A stretch of DNA of 64,000 nt from Candidatus Eiseniibacteriota bacterium. GTDB lineage: Bacteria > Eisenbacteria > RBG-16-71-46 > SZUA-252. Below are positions 44,173-54,443 of the stretch, one piece after another; the first letter of the stretch is position 1, and each line of letters opens with the position of its first letter. Location: NCBI GenBank assembly GCA_036380835.1, contig DASVDZ010000081.1:18749-82748 (forward strand). The letters run 5' to 3'. Both the position numbers and the translations under genes were made by a program. A model generated the notes under the pieces. The model saw only the letters and a program-made list of their open reading frames with translations, did not search any database and was not told the origin of the DNA.

Positions 44173-45485
44173 AGTTCCAGGCTCCGAAGGGCACGCGCGA
44201 CATTCTTCCGGGTGAGTCCGAGTCGTGGACCGAGCTGGAGGCGTCGGCGCGCGACATCCTGGCCCGCTACGGCTACCGCGAAGTGCGGACTCCGATGTTC
44301 GAATCGACCGACCTCTTCGTCCGGAGCGTCGGCGAATCGACCGACATCGTCCGGAAGGAGCTCTACACGTTCGAGGACAAGGGGGGCCGTTCGCTCACGC
44401 TCCGTCCCGAGGGGACCGCGTCCCTGGTGCGCGCCTACCTGGAGCACTCGCTGGGCCACGGGCAGCCGATGGCCCGCTTCGCGTACGTGGGGCCGATGTT
44501 CCGGTACGAGCGCCCGCAGGCGGGAAGGTTCCGCCAATTCTGGCAGATCGGCGCGGAGCTGTTCGGCCCCGGGGGCCCCGCCGCCGACGCCGAGATGATC
44601 GATCTCTTCGTCGCGATCATCCGGGGCGCCGGCGTCCCGGACGTGACGGTGCTCCTGAATTCACTCGGCGACGACGTCTGCCGTCCGGCCTATCGCGAGC
44701 GGATCCGCGAGTACTTCACGGCGCGCGCCGACCGGCTGTGCGGCGACTGCAAGGAGCGGCTCCGCACCAACCCGCTCCGGATCCTCGACTGCAAGATCCC
44801 CGGCTGCCAGCCGGTGATCGAGGGGGCGCCGAGCGTGCTCGACACGCTCTGCGACCCGTGCCGCGAGCACTTCGACGGCGTCCAGGAGGCGCTCCGCGCG
44901 CTCGCGATCCCGGTCACGATCGCGCCGCGCCTCGTGCGCGGCCTCGACTACTACACGCGGACCGTCTTCGAGGTGCACGCGGGCTCCCTGGGCGCGCAGA
45001 ACGCGGTCGGCGGAGGCGGACGCTACGACGATCTCGTGGAGCAATTCGGCGGGCCGAAGACGCCGGCGATCGGCTTCTCGATCGGCACCGACCGCCTCCT
45101 CATGGCGGCGGGCCGGGCCGGCCCCGAAGGGGCCACGGCGTGGCGGCCGGACGTCTGCGTCCTGACGCGGGACCCCGGGGCTCTCGACCGGGCGCTCGCC
45201 GTCGCGCGCTCCCTCCGCGGCCTCGACGCGGGCGCCCCGGGGAGCGGCGCGGAGCGCCGGGAGACGTCGCTCCAGGTGATCGTCGACATCACGGGCCGGA
45301 GCGCGAACGCGCAGATGAAGTGGGCGTCCCGAACGGGGGCGCGCCACGTGGTGTTCGTGCCGCCCGACGCGGACGGCTACTCGATTCGGGACATGGAGGC
45401 GGGGAAGGACGAGGTGAAGCAGAAGACGATCGAGTCGCTCCGTGACTTCCTCCGCTCGCGCGCCGCGGAAGGAGCGCCCCGGTGA
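44169..45485 (+). CDS. hisS: Histidine--tRNA ligase
   Basis: MKFQAPKGTRDILP..., class-II motifs ...FRYERPQAGRFRQFWQIG... and ...GGGRYDDL... Confidence 0.95.
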   Translation: MKFQAPKGTRDILPGESESWTELEASARDILARYGYREVRTPMFESTDLFVRSVGESTDIVRKELYTFEDKGGRSLTLRPEGTASLVRAYLEHSLGHGQPMARFAYVGPMFRYERPQAGRFRQFWQIGAELFGPGGPAADAEMIDLFVAIIRGAGVPDVTVLLNSLGDDVCRPAYRERIREYFTARADRLCGDCKERLRTNPLRILDCKIPGCQPVIEGAPSVLDTLCDPCREHFDGVQEALRALAIPVTIAPRLVRGLDYYTRTVFEVHAGSLGAQNAVGGGGRYDDLVEQFGGPKTPAIGFSIGTDRLLMAAGRAGPEGATAWRPDVCVLTRDPGALDRALAVARSLRGLDAGAPGSGAERRETSLQVIVDITGRSANAQMKWASRTGARHVVFVPPDADGYSIRDMEAGKDEVKQKTIESLRDFLRSRAAEGAPR

Positions 45486-47275
45486 TCGAGCCCCTGGGCG
45501 GTCGGAAGCGGACGCATCGCTGCGGCGATCTGCGTCCCGAGCAGGCGGGGACGCGCGCGCGGCTCATGGGATGGGCGCATCGCGTGCGGGACCACGGCGG
45601 CGTTCTCTTCCTCGACCTCCGCGACCGCTACGGGGTGACCCAGATCGTCTTCCGTCCGGAGAAGTTGAACGAGAAGACGATGGAGCGGGCGCGCGCGATC
45701 GGGAGCGAGTGGGTCGTCATGGTGGAGGGGACCGTCCTGAACCGGCCGAAGGGGAGCGAGAACGACGACCTCCCGACCGGCGGGATCGAAATCGAGGCGG
45801 ACGGCCTCGCGATCCTGAACGCGAGCAAGACGCCCCCCTTCCCGGTGGACGACTCGGGCGTCGCGGCGTCGGAGGACCTCCGGCTCCGCTACCGCTACCT
45901 CGACCTCCGGCGCCCCGCGCTGCGCGACGGCATCGTCTTCCGTCACGCCATGACGCGGAGCGTGCGCGAATACCTCTCCGACCACGACTTCCTCGAGATC
46001 GAGACGCCGCTCCTCGTGAAGCCGACGCCCGAGGGGGCTCGCGACTACGTCGTGCCGGCGCGCGTCCACCCCGGGAAGTTCTACGCGCTGCCGCAGTCGC
46101 CGCAGCTCTACAAGCAGATCCTCATGGTCTCCGGATTCGACCGCTACTTCCAGATCGCGCGCTGCCTGCGCGACGAGGATCTCCGCGCCGACCGCCAGCC
46201 CGAGTTCACGCAGATCGACCTCGAGATGTCGTTCGTGACCGAGGATGACGTCTTCGGCGTGGTCGAGGGAATGCTGGAGTCGGTCTTCCGGCGCGACCTG
46301 GGCCGCGATCTCAAGATCCCGTTCCCGCGACTCACCTATCGCGACGCGATGGAGCGCTTCGGGAGCGACAAGCCCGACCTCCGCATCCCGTTCGAGATCA
46401 AGGACGTGACCGCGGTGTTGGGGGAGAGCGCATTCCAGGTCTTCCGCGCGGCCAAGGAAGGGGCTCCCGCCACGATGACGGGCGCGCTCGCCGTTCCCGG
46501 GCAGGGGTCGGCGTCGCGGAAGGAGATCGAGGGGTGGGAGGCGGCCGCGAAGGCGATGGGCGCCGCCGGGCTCGCGTGGGCGCGCGTCAAGGCGGGCGCG
46601 CTCGACGGGGGCGTCGCGAAGCACGTGACCGGCGATCTCGTCGCGCGCCTCCTCCAGACGGTGGGCGCCAAGGAGGGCGATCTCCTCCTCCTGGGCTCGG
46701 GCCCGCGTGCCGTCGTCCAGCGCGCGCTCGGCCACGTCCGCACCCAGATCGGGGCGCAGAAGTTCACGCTCGAGCCCGACGACTTCCGCTTCGTATGGGT
46801 CCACCAGTTCCCCCTCTTCGAACGGGACGAGGAGCGGAAGGCCTGGATCCCCGCGCACCACGTCTTCACGATGCCGCTCGACGAGCACCTGGCCCTGCTC
46901 GAGACCGATCCCGGGCGCGTGCACGGCCAGCTCTACGATCTCGCCGCGAACGGAAACGAGCTCGCGTCGGGGAGCATCCGGATCCATCGGAAGGACATCC
47001 AGGAGCGGGTCATGGCCGTGATCGGGATGCGCCCCGAGGAGCTGACGGCCAAGTTCGGGTTCCTCCTCGAGTCGTTCGAGTACGGCGCGCCGCCGCACGG
47101 CGGGATCGCGCTCGGGCTCGATCGCCTCGTGATCCTCTTCCACGGCGGCGACTCGATTCGCGACGCGATCGCGTTCCCGAAGACCGCGAGCGCCGCCTCG
47201 CTCATGGACGGCGCCCCCGCTCCGATCGACCCGGGCGACCTGAAGGACCTCCGAATCCGGATCGTCGCGGACTAG
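45482..47275 (+). CDS. aspS: Aspartate--tRNA ligase
   Basis: N-terminal OB fold (...GWAHRVRDHGGVLFLDLRDRYG...), class-II core (...FYALPQSPQLYKQ..., ...QIARCLRDEDLRADRQPEFTQID..., ...GSIRIH..., ...GLDRLV...). Confidence 0.95.
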   Translation: MIEPLGGRKRTHRCGDLRPEQAGTRARLMGWAHRVRDHGGVLFLDLRDRYGVTQIVFRPEKLNEKTMERARAIGSEWVVMVEGTVLNRPKGSENDDLPTGGIEIEADGLAILNASKTPPFPVDDSGVAASEDLRLRYRYLDLRRPALRDGIVFRHAMTRSVREYLSDHDFLEIETPLLVKPTPEGARDYVVPARVHPGKFYALPQSPQLYKQILMVSGFDRYFQIARCLRDEDLRADRQPEFTQIDLEMSFVTEDDVFGVVEGMLESVFRRDLGRDLKIPFPRLTYRDAMERFGSDKPDLRIPFEIKDVTAVLGESAFQVFRAAKEGAPATMTGALAVPGQGSASRKEIEGWEAAAKAMGAAGLAWARVKAGALDGGVAKHVTGDLVARLLQTVGAKEGDLLLLGSGPRAVVQRALGHVRTQIGAQKFTLEPDDFRFVWVHQFPLFERDEERKAWIPAHHVFTMPLDEHLALLETDPGRVHGQLYDLAANGNELASGSIRIHRKDIQERVMAVIGMRPEELTAKFGFLLESFEYGAPPHGGIALGLDRLVILFHGGDSIRDAIAFPKTASAASLMDGAPAPIDPGDLKDLRIRIVAD

Positions 47276-47338
47276 GGCGCCCTCCCGGCGCCGGCGCCCT
47301 GACGCCTCGGCATGGCTCTTCCCTCGGGCGGCCGCATC

Positions 47339-47354
47339 CTGGCACCCATTCTGC
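47339..47354 (+). promoter_or_regulatory. Sigma-54-like -24/-12 motif in the ORF-poor region after aspS
   Basis: TGGCACC-CATT-CTGCA with correct GG/GC spacing. A TTGACA hexamer lies 26 nt downstream at 47380-47385. Confidence 0.35.
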
Positions 47355-47633
47355 AATCCAAGACGAGACGTGCCGGGGTATTGACAACCCGGAGGCGAGC
47401 ACCTAGCTTGAATCGAGGTTCCGAGGGGCCCCGCGAGGGTCCCCAAAGCCAAACTAATTTGCTTAACGACAGCCACTTAGCTTTCTTCCGCAGCCCCCAC
47501 CGGGGGCCGCGTTCCGCCGACGGGCCGGGCGCCGCCGGTCGAGGGCTGGCCGCTCGGGATTGGCCGGCCGACCGGGGTCGGCCCGGAACGCGCGCCTCAC
47601 GATCTCTCCCGCGGGTCGCCTCTCTGGCCGTCC

Positions 47634-47854
47634 TGATGGCTTTCGCCGCAGGATGCGGCCACGCCACCGTGCCCTGTCCGACGCCGACCGCCGACCTCGA
47701 CCGCCATCGTGAGGAGTCGATGGAGGCGCAGCGCGAGGTGGGGCGGGCGGTCGCGGAAGAACGCGCGCTGAAGGAGCGGCGGGATCAGACCCGGAGCCGC
47801 CTCGAGGCCGCCCAGGCGGCCGCCGACTCGATGGCGCGGGCCGGGGGACGATGA
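47634..47854 (+). CDS. Small charged coiled-coil protein (73 aa), uncertain
   Basis: ATG ...MAFAAGCGHATVPCPTPTADLDRHREESMEAQREVGRAVAEERALKERRDQ...; stop overlaps next start (ATGA). No clear RBS. Upstream in-frame sequence looks non-coding, so the lipobox-like AAGC sits too close to the ATG for a signal peptide. Confidence 0.3.
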
Positions 47855-48372
47855 GGCGGGCGGCGATGACCTGGATCGCGATCGCGGGGCTCTGCGCGGG
47901 AGGAGGCTGCGGGAAGCCGGTGCTGAGGCTCGCCGACGCGTCGCTCGGCGACTACTACACGCCCGAGGAGTTCAAGCGTCTGTCAAAGGAGCAGCGGGAC
48001 GAATACTGCGACGAGCTGGCGCTCCAGGACTCGACGTACCGGGACGAGATCCGCGAGGCCAAGGATGCGCTCGCGGCGCTCGCGCTTCGGCGCGAGCCGC
48101 TCGGGCGCGAGGTCGACTCGCTGAGCGCGCGGGCCGATTCGCTCGCGCGGCGTTTGGCGGAGGCGCCCGCCCCGGGCCCCGCTCCCGGGGAGCGCTCGAC
48201 GCGCGCCCCGGAATGGACGGTGCGGCGCGGCGAGTCCTTGTGGCGCATCAGCGGGAGCGCGGACGTCTACGGCGACGGGCGGGGGTGGCGGCGGTTGTTC
48301 GAAGCGAACCGAGACCGGATCCGAAACCCCGATCTCATCTATCCGGGACAGGAGATACGAATTCCACGATGA
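47851..48372 (+). CDS. Secreted LysM-domain protein
   Basis: Signal peptide MTWIAIAGLCAGGGCG. C-terminal LysM reads WTVRRGESLWRISGSADVYGDGRGWRRLFEANRDRIRNPDLIYPGQEIRIP. Confidence 0.65.
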   Translation: MRRAAMTWIAIAGLCAGGGCGKPVLRLADASLGDYYTPEEFKRLSKEQRDEYCDELALQDSTYRDEIREAKDALAALALRREPLGREVDSLSARADSLARRLAEAPAPGPAPGERSTRAPEWTVRRGESLWRISGSADVYGDGRGWRRLFEANRDRIRNPDLIYPGQEIRIPR

Positions 48373-49379
48373 ATCCGAGCCAGGGCGAGACCACCCGTTT
48401 CGTCGCGATCGACGACGTCGATCCGCTGTCGCTGTTCGGACGGAACGATTCGAATCTGAGACTCGTCGAGCGGAGCTATCCGGTCCATCTCACGTATCGC
48501 GACGGCAAGCTCGCCGTGAAGGGCGACGCGGCGATCGTCGACGAGGTGAGCTCGGTGCTCCTCACGCTCGCCGACCTCGTGCGCCGCGGCGCCGTGCTCG
48601 AGGAGCACGACGTGCACAACTTCATCGGCCTGACCGACGTGCAGGACCGGGAGCAGTCGCGCTCGCTCTACGAAAAGCCGGTCCTCTTCACGTTCGACAA
48701 GCGGACGATCCGCGTGAAGACCCTGGGGCAGGCGCGCTACGTCGCGGCGCTCCAGCGCCACGACATCGTCTTCGCGATCGGCCCGGCGGGCACGGGGAAG
48801 ACGTACCTCGCCGTGGCCGCCGCGGTGAACGCGCTCAAGGCGCGCCAGGTGGAGCGGATCTTCCTGGTCCGCCCGGCGGTGGAGGCGGGGGAGAACCTCG
48901 GCTTCCTCCCGGGCGACATGAAGGACAAGGTGGACCCCTATCTCCGCCCGCTCTACGACGCGCTGAACGATCTCTTGAGCTACGAGAAGATCCGCCGCTT
49001 CCTCGACCTCGGCGTCATCGAGGTGGCCCCGCTCGCCTACATGCGCGGCCGGACCCTGAACAACGCCTTCGTGATCCTCGACGAGGCGCAGAACACGACG
49101 GTGGGCCAGATGAAGATGTTCCTGACCCGGCTCGGCTACGGCTCGAAGGCGGTCATCACCGGTGACGTCACCCAGATCGACCTGGGCGCCCAGCATCCGT
49201 CGGGACTTGTCGAGATCCAGAAGATCCTTCGAAACGTCTCCGACCTCTCGTTCGTCTACCTGAACGAGCGGGACGTCGTGCGCCACCACCTGGTGCGCGA
49301 GATCATCCGCGCGTTCGACGAGCACGGCCGCGCCGCGGCCGAGCGGGGCCCCGGCGACCGGAACGGGGACGCGCCCTAG
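48369..49379 (+). CDS. phoH: PhoH-family ATPase
   Basis: ATG overlaps the upstream stop. Walker A GPAGTGKTYLAV, ...FVILDEAQN..., ...VITGDVTQID... Confidence 0.9.
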   Translation: MNPSQGETTRFVAIDDVDPLSLFGRNDSNLRLVERSYPVHLTYRDGKLAVKGDAAIVDEVSSVLLTLADLVRRGAVLEEHDVHNFIGLTDVQDREQSRSLYEKPVLFTFDKRTIRVKTLGQARYVAALQRHDIVFAIGPAGTGKTYLAVAAAVNALKARQVERIFLVRPAVEAGENLGFLPGDMKDKVDPYLRPLYDALNDLLSYEKIRRFLDLGVIEVAPLAYMRGRTLNNAFVILDEAQNTTVGQMKMFLTRLGYGSKAVITGDVTQIDLGAQHPSGLVEIQKILRNVSDLSFVYLNERDVVRHHLVREIIRAFDEHGRAAAERGPGDRNGDAP

Positions 49380-49382
49380 GTC

Positions 49383-51653
49383 ATGAGCGCCGAACGCCTC
49401 CAGGTGCTGGAGCCGCGCCGCAAGGAGCGGCGCCCGCTCGCCCAGAAGCTGGCCGCGATCTTCGGCCCGCGATTCCGGCGGTCCACGCTCTTCGCCGGCT
49501 TCCTCGCGTTCTCGTGCCTCCTCTTCCCGCGCGATCCGGCCTTCGAGGTGATGACGCTGCGGGAGGGCTTTCCGGCGAAGCGCGACCTGATCGCTCCGGT
49601 CCAGTTCTACCTGCTCAAGGACCGGGTGCGCTTCCGCGAGGAGCTGGTGGACGCCGAGCGTCGCGTGAGCCCCGTCTACTCGGTCGATCCGACCGTGGCG
49701 CAGGAGGCGCACGCGCTCCTCGACTCGCTCCGGACGTCCGGCCCCCCCTCGACCGATCCCGGGACGCGCGGCTACGAGCGGTGGCGCAACCTCGGCCTCT
49801 CCGCCGAGGCGGCGCGTACGATGTCGGGGCCCGACGGCAGGCGGATCGTCGTCCTCGCCCAGCGGATCCAGGAGGAGGCGCACCAGCCGGGGCTCCTCTC
49901 CGATCTTTCGAGCGCGCGGTCGTCCACCGACGCCCCGGCGATCCAGATCGATCGGGACGGAATCCGATACCCGACCGCGTGGGGGTCGCTCCACGACGTC
50001 GCCTCGCTTCGCGACCAGGCCTGGGAGGAAGGACAGCGCGCCTTCCCGAGCCGTCCCGAGGCGACGCAGGCGCTGGCCGAGCTGGTCGGGGCGGTCGTGA
50101 GGCCGAACCTCCGGTACGAGGCGTCGGCCACCGAGCGCCTCCGCGCCGACGCGCGGAACGCGGTGAACCCCTACGACGGCCTGGTCCGGAAGGACGAGAA
50201 GATCATCGGGAGCCACGAGCTCGCCACCGCCGAGCACATCCGGAAGCTCGAGTCGCTGCGGGCCTGGAGCGCGCGCCTCGGACAGGCGCCCTCGCTGGCC
50301 CGCGACTTCCCCGGCATCCTCGGCCGCGTCGTGCTCCTCGCGTTCCTGATCCTCGGGTTCGCCGGCTACCTGAAGCTCCACCAGGCTCCGGTCTACCGCG
50401 ACACGACGCAGCTCCTCCTCCTCGCGGTCCTCTGCGCGCTCGTCCTCGGGGTCGGATGGGTCGTCATGAACCAGATTCGCGGCTACGAGATGCTGATTCC
50501 CGTGACGGTGCTCTCGCTGACCGCGGCGCTCCTGTTCGGGAACGCGCTCGCCTTCGCCGCGACGCTCGTCGCGTCGCTCTACGCGGGGGTCGTCTTCGGG
50601 CTCGGGCTCCCCTTCCTGACGGGAAGCGCGCTCGCGGGGATCGCCGCCATCGCGAGCGCGACGGGCGTGCGCCGGCGCCGGGACTTCTACCGGCCGATGC
50701 TCGTCGTGGCGCTCGCGTACGTGGTCGCGATCGGCGCGATGGGGCTGGTCGACGGCGCGCGCTGGGACGTCCTCCTCCGCCGCGCGCTCTGGGGCGCGGG
50801 GTCGGGCGTCGCGTCGGTCCTCGCGGTGACCCTCTTCCTCCCGCTCCTCGAGGGGCTCTTCACGGTCACGACCGACATCACGCTGCTCGAGCTGGCCGAC
50901 CTGAATCGCCCGATCCTCCGGCGCCTGATGCTCGAAGCGCCCGGGACCTATCACCACAGCCTCGTCGTCGGCAGCCTCGCGGAGGCGGGCGCGGCCGCCA
51001 TCGGGGGGAATCCGCTCCTCGCCCGCGTGAGCGCGTACTATCACGATATCGGCAAGATCGACAAAGCCGAGTACTATGGCGAGAACCAGTCGAGCGCCCG
51101 GAGCCGGCACGAGAAGCTCTCGCCGACGATGAGCTGCCTCATCATCGAGGCGCACGTCCGCGAGGGGGCGGAGATCGCGCGGAAGGAGAAGCTGCCCCGG
51201 GCGATCGTCGACGGAATCCTCGAGCACCACGGCACCACCCTGATGAGCTTCTTCTACCAGAAGGCGCTGGCGCAGGACCCCGAGGCCGAGGAGCGCGACT
51301 TCCGCTACCCCGGCCCGAAGCCGCGGTCGAAGGAGACGGCGGTCCTGATGCTCGCCGACGCCGTCGAGGCGACGGCGCGCTCGCTCACCGAGCCGACGCC
51401 GAGCCGGATCCGCGGCGTCGTGACGCGGATGCTCGACGCCCGCGTGAAGGACGGTCAACTCGATGAGAGCCCGATCACGTTCGAAGACCTGGCGAAGGTC
51501 CGGGAGAGCTTCATCCCGATCCTCACCGCGCTCTTCCACGCGCGCGTCCACTACCCGGGTAGCCCGGCGACCCTGGACGAGCGCCGCCGCGGTGCCGCCG
51601 ACGACGGTCGCGAGCACGGAGACAAGGCCCGGTATAAGGTCGACAACTCTTAG
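49383..51653 (+). CDS. 7TM receptor with intracellular HD phosphohydrolase domain (PgpH/YqfF-like HDIG protein)
   Basis: N-terminal extracellular region, 7 TM helices (residues ~330-500), and C-terminal HD/HDIG motifs ...YHHSLVVG...YYHDIGKI..., ...ILEHHGT... Confidence 0.8.
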   Translation: MSAERLQVLEPRRKERRPLAQKLAAIFGPRFRRSTLFAGFLAFSCLLFPRDPAFEVMTLREGFPAKRDLIAPVQFYLLKDRVRFREELVDAERRVSPVYSVDPTVAQEAHALLDSLRTSGPPSTDPGTRGYERWRNLGLSAEAARTMSGPDGRRIVVLAQRIQEEAHQPGLLSDLSSARSSTDAPAIQIDRDGIRYPTAWGSLHDVASLRDQAWEEGQRAFPSRPEATQALAELVGAVVRPNLRYEASATERLRADARNAVNPYDGLVRKDEKIIGSHELATAEHIRKLESLRAWSARLGQAPSLARDFPGILGRVVLLAFLILGFAGYLKLHQAPVYRDTTQLLLLAVLCALVLGVGWVVMNQIRGYEMLIPVTVLSLTAALLFGNALAFAATLVASLYAGVVFGLGLPFLTGSALAGIAAIASATGVRRRRDFYRPMLVVALAYVVAIGAMGLVDGARWDVLLRRALWGAGSGVASVLAVTLFLPLLEGLFTVTTDITLLELADLNRPILRRLMLEAPGTYHHSLVVGSLAEAGAAAIGGNPLLARVSAYYHDIGKIDKAEYYGENQSSARSRHEKLSPTMSCLIIEAHVREGAEIARKEKLPRAIVDGILEHHGTTLMSFFYQKALAQDPEAEERDFRYPGPKPRSKETAVLMLADAVEATARSLTEPTPSRIRGVVTRMLDARVKDGQLDESPITFEDLAKVRESFIPILTALFHARVHYPGSPATLDERRRGAADDGREHGDKARYKVDNS

Positions 51654-51660
51654 GTCGCTG

Positions 51661-52056
51661 GTGACGGAGGCGCTCCGCCTCCTGGGCCGTCCGCGCGCCA
51701 CCGCGTCGGTCGTCCTGACCGACGACGCGACGATCCGCGGCTTGAACCGCGACTACCGCGAGGCCGACCAGGCGACCGACGTCCTCTCGTTTCCTCTCGC
51801 CCCGCCCGAGGCGCTCGCCGATCCCGGCGCGCGCGTCTTCCTCGGCGAGATCTACGTCTCGCTCGAGACCGCGCGGGCGCAGGCGCGCTCCGTCCGGCGG
51901 CCGTTCCACCGGGAAGTGGCGCACCTCACGGTGCATGGCCTGCTCCATCTCCTGGGCCACGACCACCCGTCCTCCGCCGCCCGGCGGCGCATGGCCGCGC
52001 TCGAGGCGCGGCTCCTCCGCTCGCTCCGCCCGAAGATCGCCGCGCTCGAGCGCTGA
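51661..52056 (+). CDS. ybeY: rRNA maturation endoribonuclease YbeY
   Basis: Zinc motif HLTVHGLLHLLGHDH. GTG start 8 nt after the upstream stop. The N-terminal 66 codons of track ORF 51463.. overlap the previous gene and are not coding. Confidence 0.85.
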   Translation: MTEALRLLGRPRATASVVLTDDATIRGLNRDYREADQATDVLSFPLAPPEALADPGARVFLGEIYVSLETARAQARSVRRPFHREVAHLTVHGLLHLLGHDHPSSAARRRMAALEARLLRSLRPKIAALER

Positions 52057-52105
52057 CGCCACCGGAGCGTGGCGCCTCCTCGCCCGGAAGTGGTACCATG
52101 GCGCG

Positions 52106-52744
52106 ATGTTGAGCCGCCTCAAGACGTACTTCCTGACCGGACTCCTCGTTCTCGCCCCGTTGACCATCACGGCCTACGTGCTCTGGCGCCTCTTCATCTT
52201 CATGGACCACCTCGTCGGGACGACCCTGCGGGGCGGCTACATCCGTCCGGGCGGCATTCCGGGCGTCGGGTTCGTGACGGTGATCATCCTCATCACGGTG
52301 ACCGGCGCCCTCGCGAACAACTTCCTCGGACGTCAGCTCGGCCAGGTGCTCGAGTCGATGCTCCTCCGCGTCCCCTTCCTGCGCGGCCTCTACTCGACGC
52401 TGAAGGAGATGGGGGAGGCGATCCTGAGCGAGCGCCGCCAGGCGTTCCAGCGGGTCGTCCTGGTGCCGTATCCCTCGCCGGGGATCTACACGATCGGGCT
52501 CGTCACCACCGACGCGCCGCAGGCGCTCCAGGACGCCGCGGGGAAGCCCCTGCGCGGGGTCTTCATCCCGACGCCGCCCAATCCGACGACCGGCCCGCTC
52601 GCCTACTACGCGGACGAGGACCTGATTCCAACCAGCCTCCGCGTGGATCAGGCGATCAAGATGGTGATCTCGGGCGGCGTCGTGGTGCCGGCCGACCTCG
52701 CCGTCGCGAGGAGCGCCCGCGCCGCGGCCGCTCCGGAGGAATAG
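52106..52744 (+). CDS. DUF502-family membrane protein
   Basis: Two N-terminal TM helices ([20 protein letters not shown]; [17 protein letters not shown]), then a conserved ...[14 protein letters not shown]...[10 protein letters not shown]... region typical of DUF502. Confidence 0.6.
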   Translation: MLSRLKTYFLTGLLVLAPLTITAYVLWRLFIFMDHLVGTTLRGGYIRPGGIPGVGFVTVIILITVTGALANNFLGRQLGQVLESMLLRVPFLRGLYSTLKEMGEAILSERRQAFQRVVLVPYPSPGIYTIGLVTTDAPQALQDAAGKPLRGVFIPTPPNPTTGPLAYYADEDLIPTSLRVDQAIKMVISGGVVVPADLAVARSARAAAAPEE

Positions 52745-52746
52745 CC

Positions 52747-53526
52747 ATGGCCATCGTCCAGACGGAGGCGCTCGTGATCCGCTCCCACCGCCTCGGGGAG
52801 ACGAGCCTGATCGTGAGCCTCTACACGCGCGAATTCGGGCTCCTCCGCTGCGTCGCGAAGGGCGCGCGCGGGGCGAAGAGCCGATTCGGCGCGTCACTCG
52901 AGCCGGGCGTTCGCCTGAACGCGGTGATCTACCGGAAGCTGACGCGCGACCTCCAGCTCCTCTCCAAGGCCGACATCGTCGCGTACTGGCCCGCCCTGTG
53001 GGAGGATCCCGATCGCTTCGCGCGCGCCGGGGCGGTGCTCGAATTCCTGGAGCGGGCCGCGTTCGGCGAATCGGGCGACCCGGAGCTGATCGACCTCGCC
53101 GCGGAGACGCTCGGCGCCATGGCCCAAGGACCCGCGGCCGCCCTCGAGCCGATGCTCCGCGCCTTCGAAATCCAGGCCTGCCGCCGCCTCGGCTACGCGC
53201 CCGAGCTGACTCGCTGCCTGGAATGCCGAGCGCCCCTCGACCAGGGGGGGCTCTTCCACCCGCTCCAGGGGGGGCTCCTCTGCGGCGCTCCCTGCGGCGG
53301 CGACGGCGGCGCGTTCCGGATTTCCGAGCGCGCTCGAAAGACGCTCGTGGCGCTCGCGGAGCACCCACTCGCCTCGCTCGGGGGCTGGGCGATGGAGCGC
53401 TATCCCGGGCCCGAGATCACGAAGGCGATCGAGCGGTTCCTGACGGCCCACCTCGAGCGCTTCGAGGGGCTCAGGGCCCAGCGCGTCGGCGAGGCGATGA
53501 TCCGGTACGCGGGGGCGTCACGGTGA
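52747..53526 (+). CDS. recO: DNA repair protein RecO
   Basis: N-terminal OB fold ([31 protein letters not shown]...), C-terminal Zn-finger Cys pairs (C-LEC ... CGAPC). The start is 3 nt after the upstream stop. Confidence 0.85.
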   Translation: MAIVQTEALVIRSHRLGETSLIVSLYTREFGLLRCVAKGARGAKSRFGASLEPGVRLNAVIYRKLTRDLQLLSKADIVAYWPALWEDPDRFARAGAVLEFLERAAFGESGDPELIDLAAETLGAMAQGPAAALEPMLRAFEIQACRRLGYAPELTRCLECRAPLDQGGLFHPLQGGLLCGAPCGGDGGAFRISERARKTLVALAEHPLASLGGWAMERYPGPEITKAIERFLTAHLERFEGLRAQRVGEAMIRYAGASR

Positions 53527-54443
53527 CCGCGACGCCCGCGGCGAAGCCGCGCACGTTCCAGGAGATCCTGCTCCGTCTCGAGCAGTTCTGGTCGGACCAG
53601 GGGTGCACCCTCCTCCAGCCGTACAGCGGCGAGGTGGGCGCCGGCACCTTCAACCCGGCCACCTTCTTCCGCGTGCTCGGCCCGGAGCCGTGGAGGGCGG
53701 CGCACGTGGAGCCTTCGCGCCGGCCCAAGGACGGCCGCTACGGGGAGAATCCGAACCGGCTCCAGAACTTCTACCAGTACCAGGTGATCCTCAAGCCCTC
53801 GCCGGACGACGTGCTCGATCTCTACCTCGAGAGCCTTCGCTGGATCGGGATCGACCTGAAGGAGCACGACGTCCGGTTCGTCGAGGACGACTGGGAGTCG
53901 CCGACGCTCGGGGCCTGGGGCCTCGGCTGGGAGGTTTGGCTCGACGGCCAGGAGATCACCCAGTTCACGTACTTCCAGCAGGCGGGAGGGTACGACCTCG
54001 ATCCGATATCGGCGGAGATCACGTACGGCATCGAGCGGATCGCCTGCTATCTGCAGGGCGTCGAGCGGATCATGGACCTCCAGTGGTCGAAGGACCATCG
54101 CTGGGACGATCTCTTCCTGAAGGGGGAGGTCGAGTGGTGCCATTTCAACTTCGAGCAGTCGAACGCCGAGCTCCTCTTCGAGCAATTCGAGAAGTACGAG
54201 CGCGAGGCGATCCGCCTCCTCAAGATGGGCCTCGTCCTCCCCGGTTACGACTACATCGTGAAGTGCTCCCACGCGTTCAACCTCCTCGAGGCTCGCGGCG
54301 CGATCAGCGTGACCGAGCGCGTCGGAACGATCGCGCGCGTCCGGAAGATGGCGCGATTGGCGGCCGGCGCCTATCTCAAGCAGCGGGAGGAGATGGGGCA
54401 TCCGCTGGCGCGGACGGCGGAGGGGGCCCCGGCCCGTGGCTGA
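53523..54443 (+). CDS. glyQ: Glycine--tRNA ligase alpha subunit
   Basis: ...[18 protein letters not shown]..., ...[10 protein letters not shown]..., ...[22 protein letters not shown]...; GTG start overlapping the recO stop (GTGA). Confidence 0.95.
   Translation: MTATPAAKPRTFQEILLRLEQFWSDQGCTLLQPYSGEVGAGTFNPATFFRVLGPEPWRAAHVEPSRRPKDGRYGENPNRLQNFYQYQVILKPSPDDVLDLYLESLRWIGIDLKEHDVRFVEDDWESPTLGAWGLGWEVWLDGQEITQFTYFQQAGGYDLDPISAEITYGIERIACYLQGVERIMDLQWSKDHRWDDLFLKGEVEWCHFNFEQSNAELLFEQFEKYEREAIRLLKMGLVLPGYDYIVKCSHAFNLLEARGAISVTERVGTIARVRKMARLAAGAYLKQREEMGHPLARTAEGAPARG

Noticed and set aside
47400-47620. tmRNA, RNase P RNA or tRNA in the post-aspS region (GAATCGAGG, GCTTAACGACAGCCAC and GGGGTCGGCCC looked superficially like a tmRNA acceptor, tag and T-arm).
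   Set aside because: There is no GGTTCGANTCC T-loop, no CCA-proximal acceptor pairing, no plausible tag-peptide frame ending in a stop, and no RNase P or SRP core motifs. It is kept only as an unclassified candidate.
47312-47854. The full 180-aa ORF as a single lipoprotein gene.
   Set aside because: The lipobox-like AAGC would lie ~110 residues into the protein, and the upstream 107 residues are Arg/Pro/Gly-rich non-coding-like sequence. Only the 3' 73 codons look protein-like.
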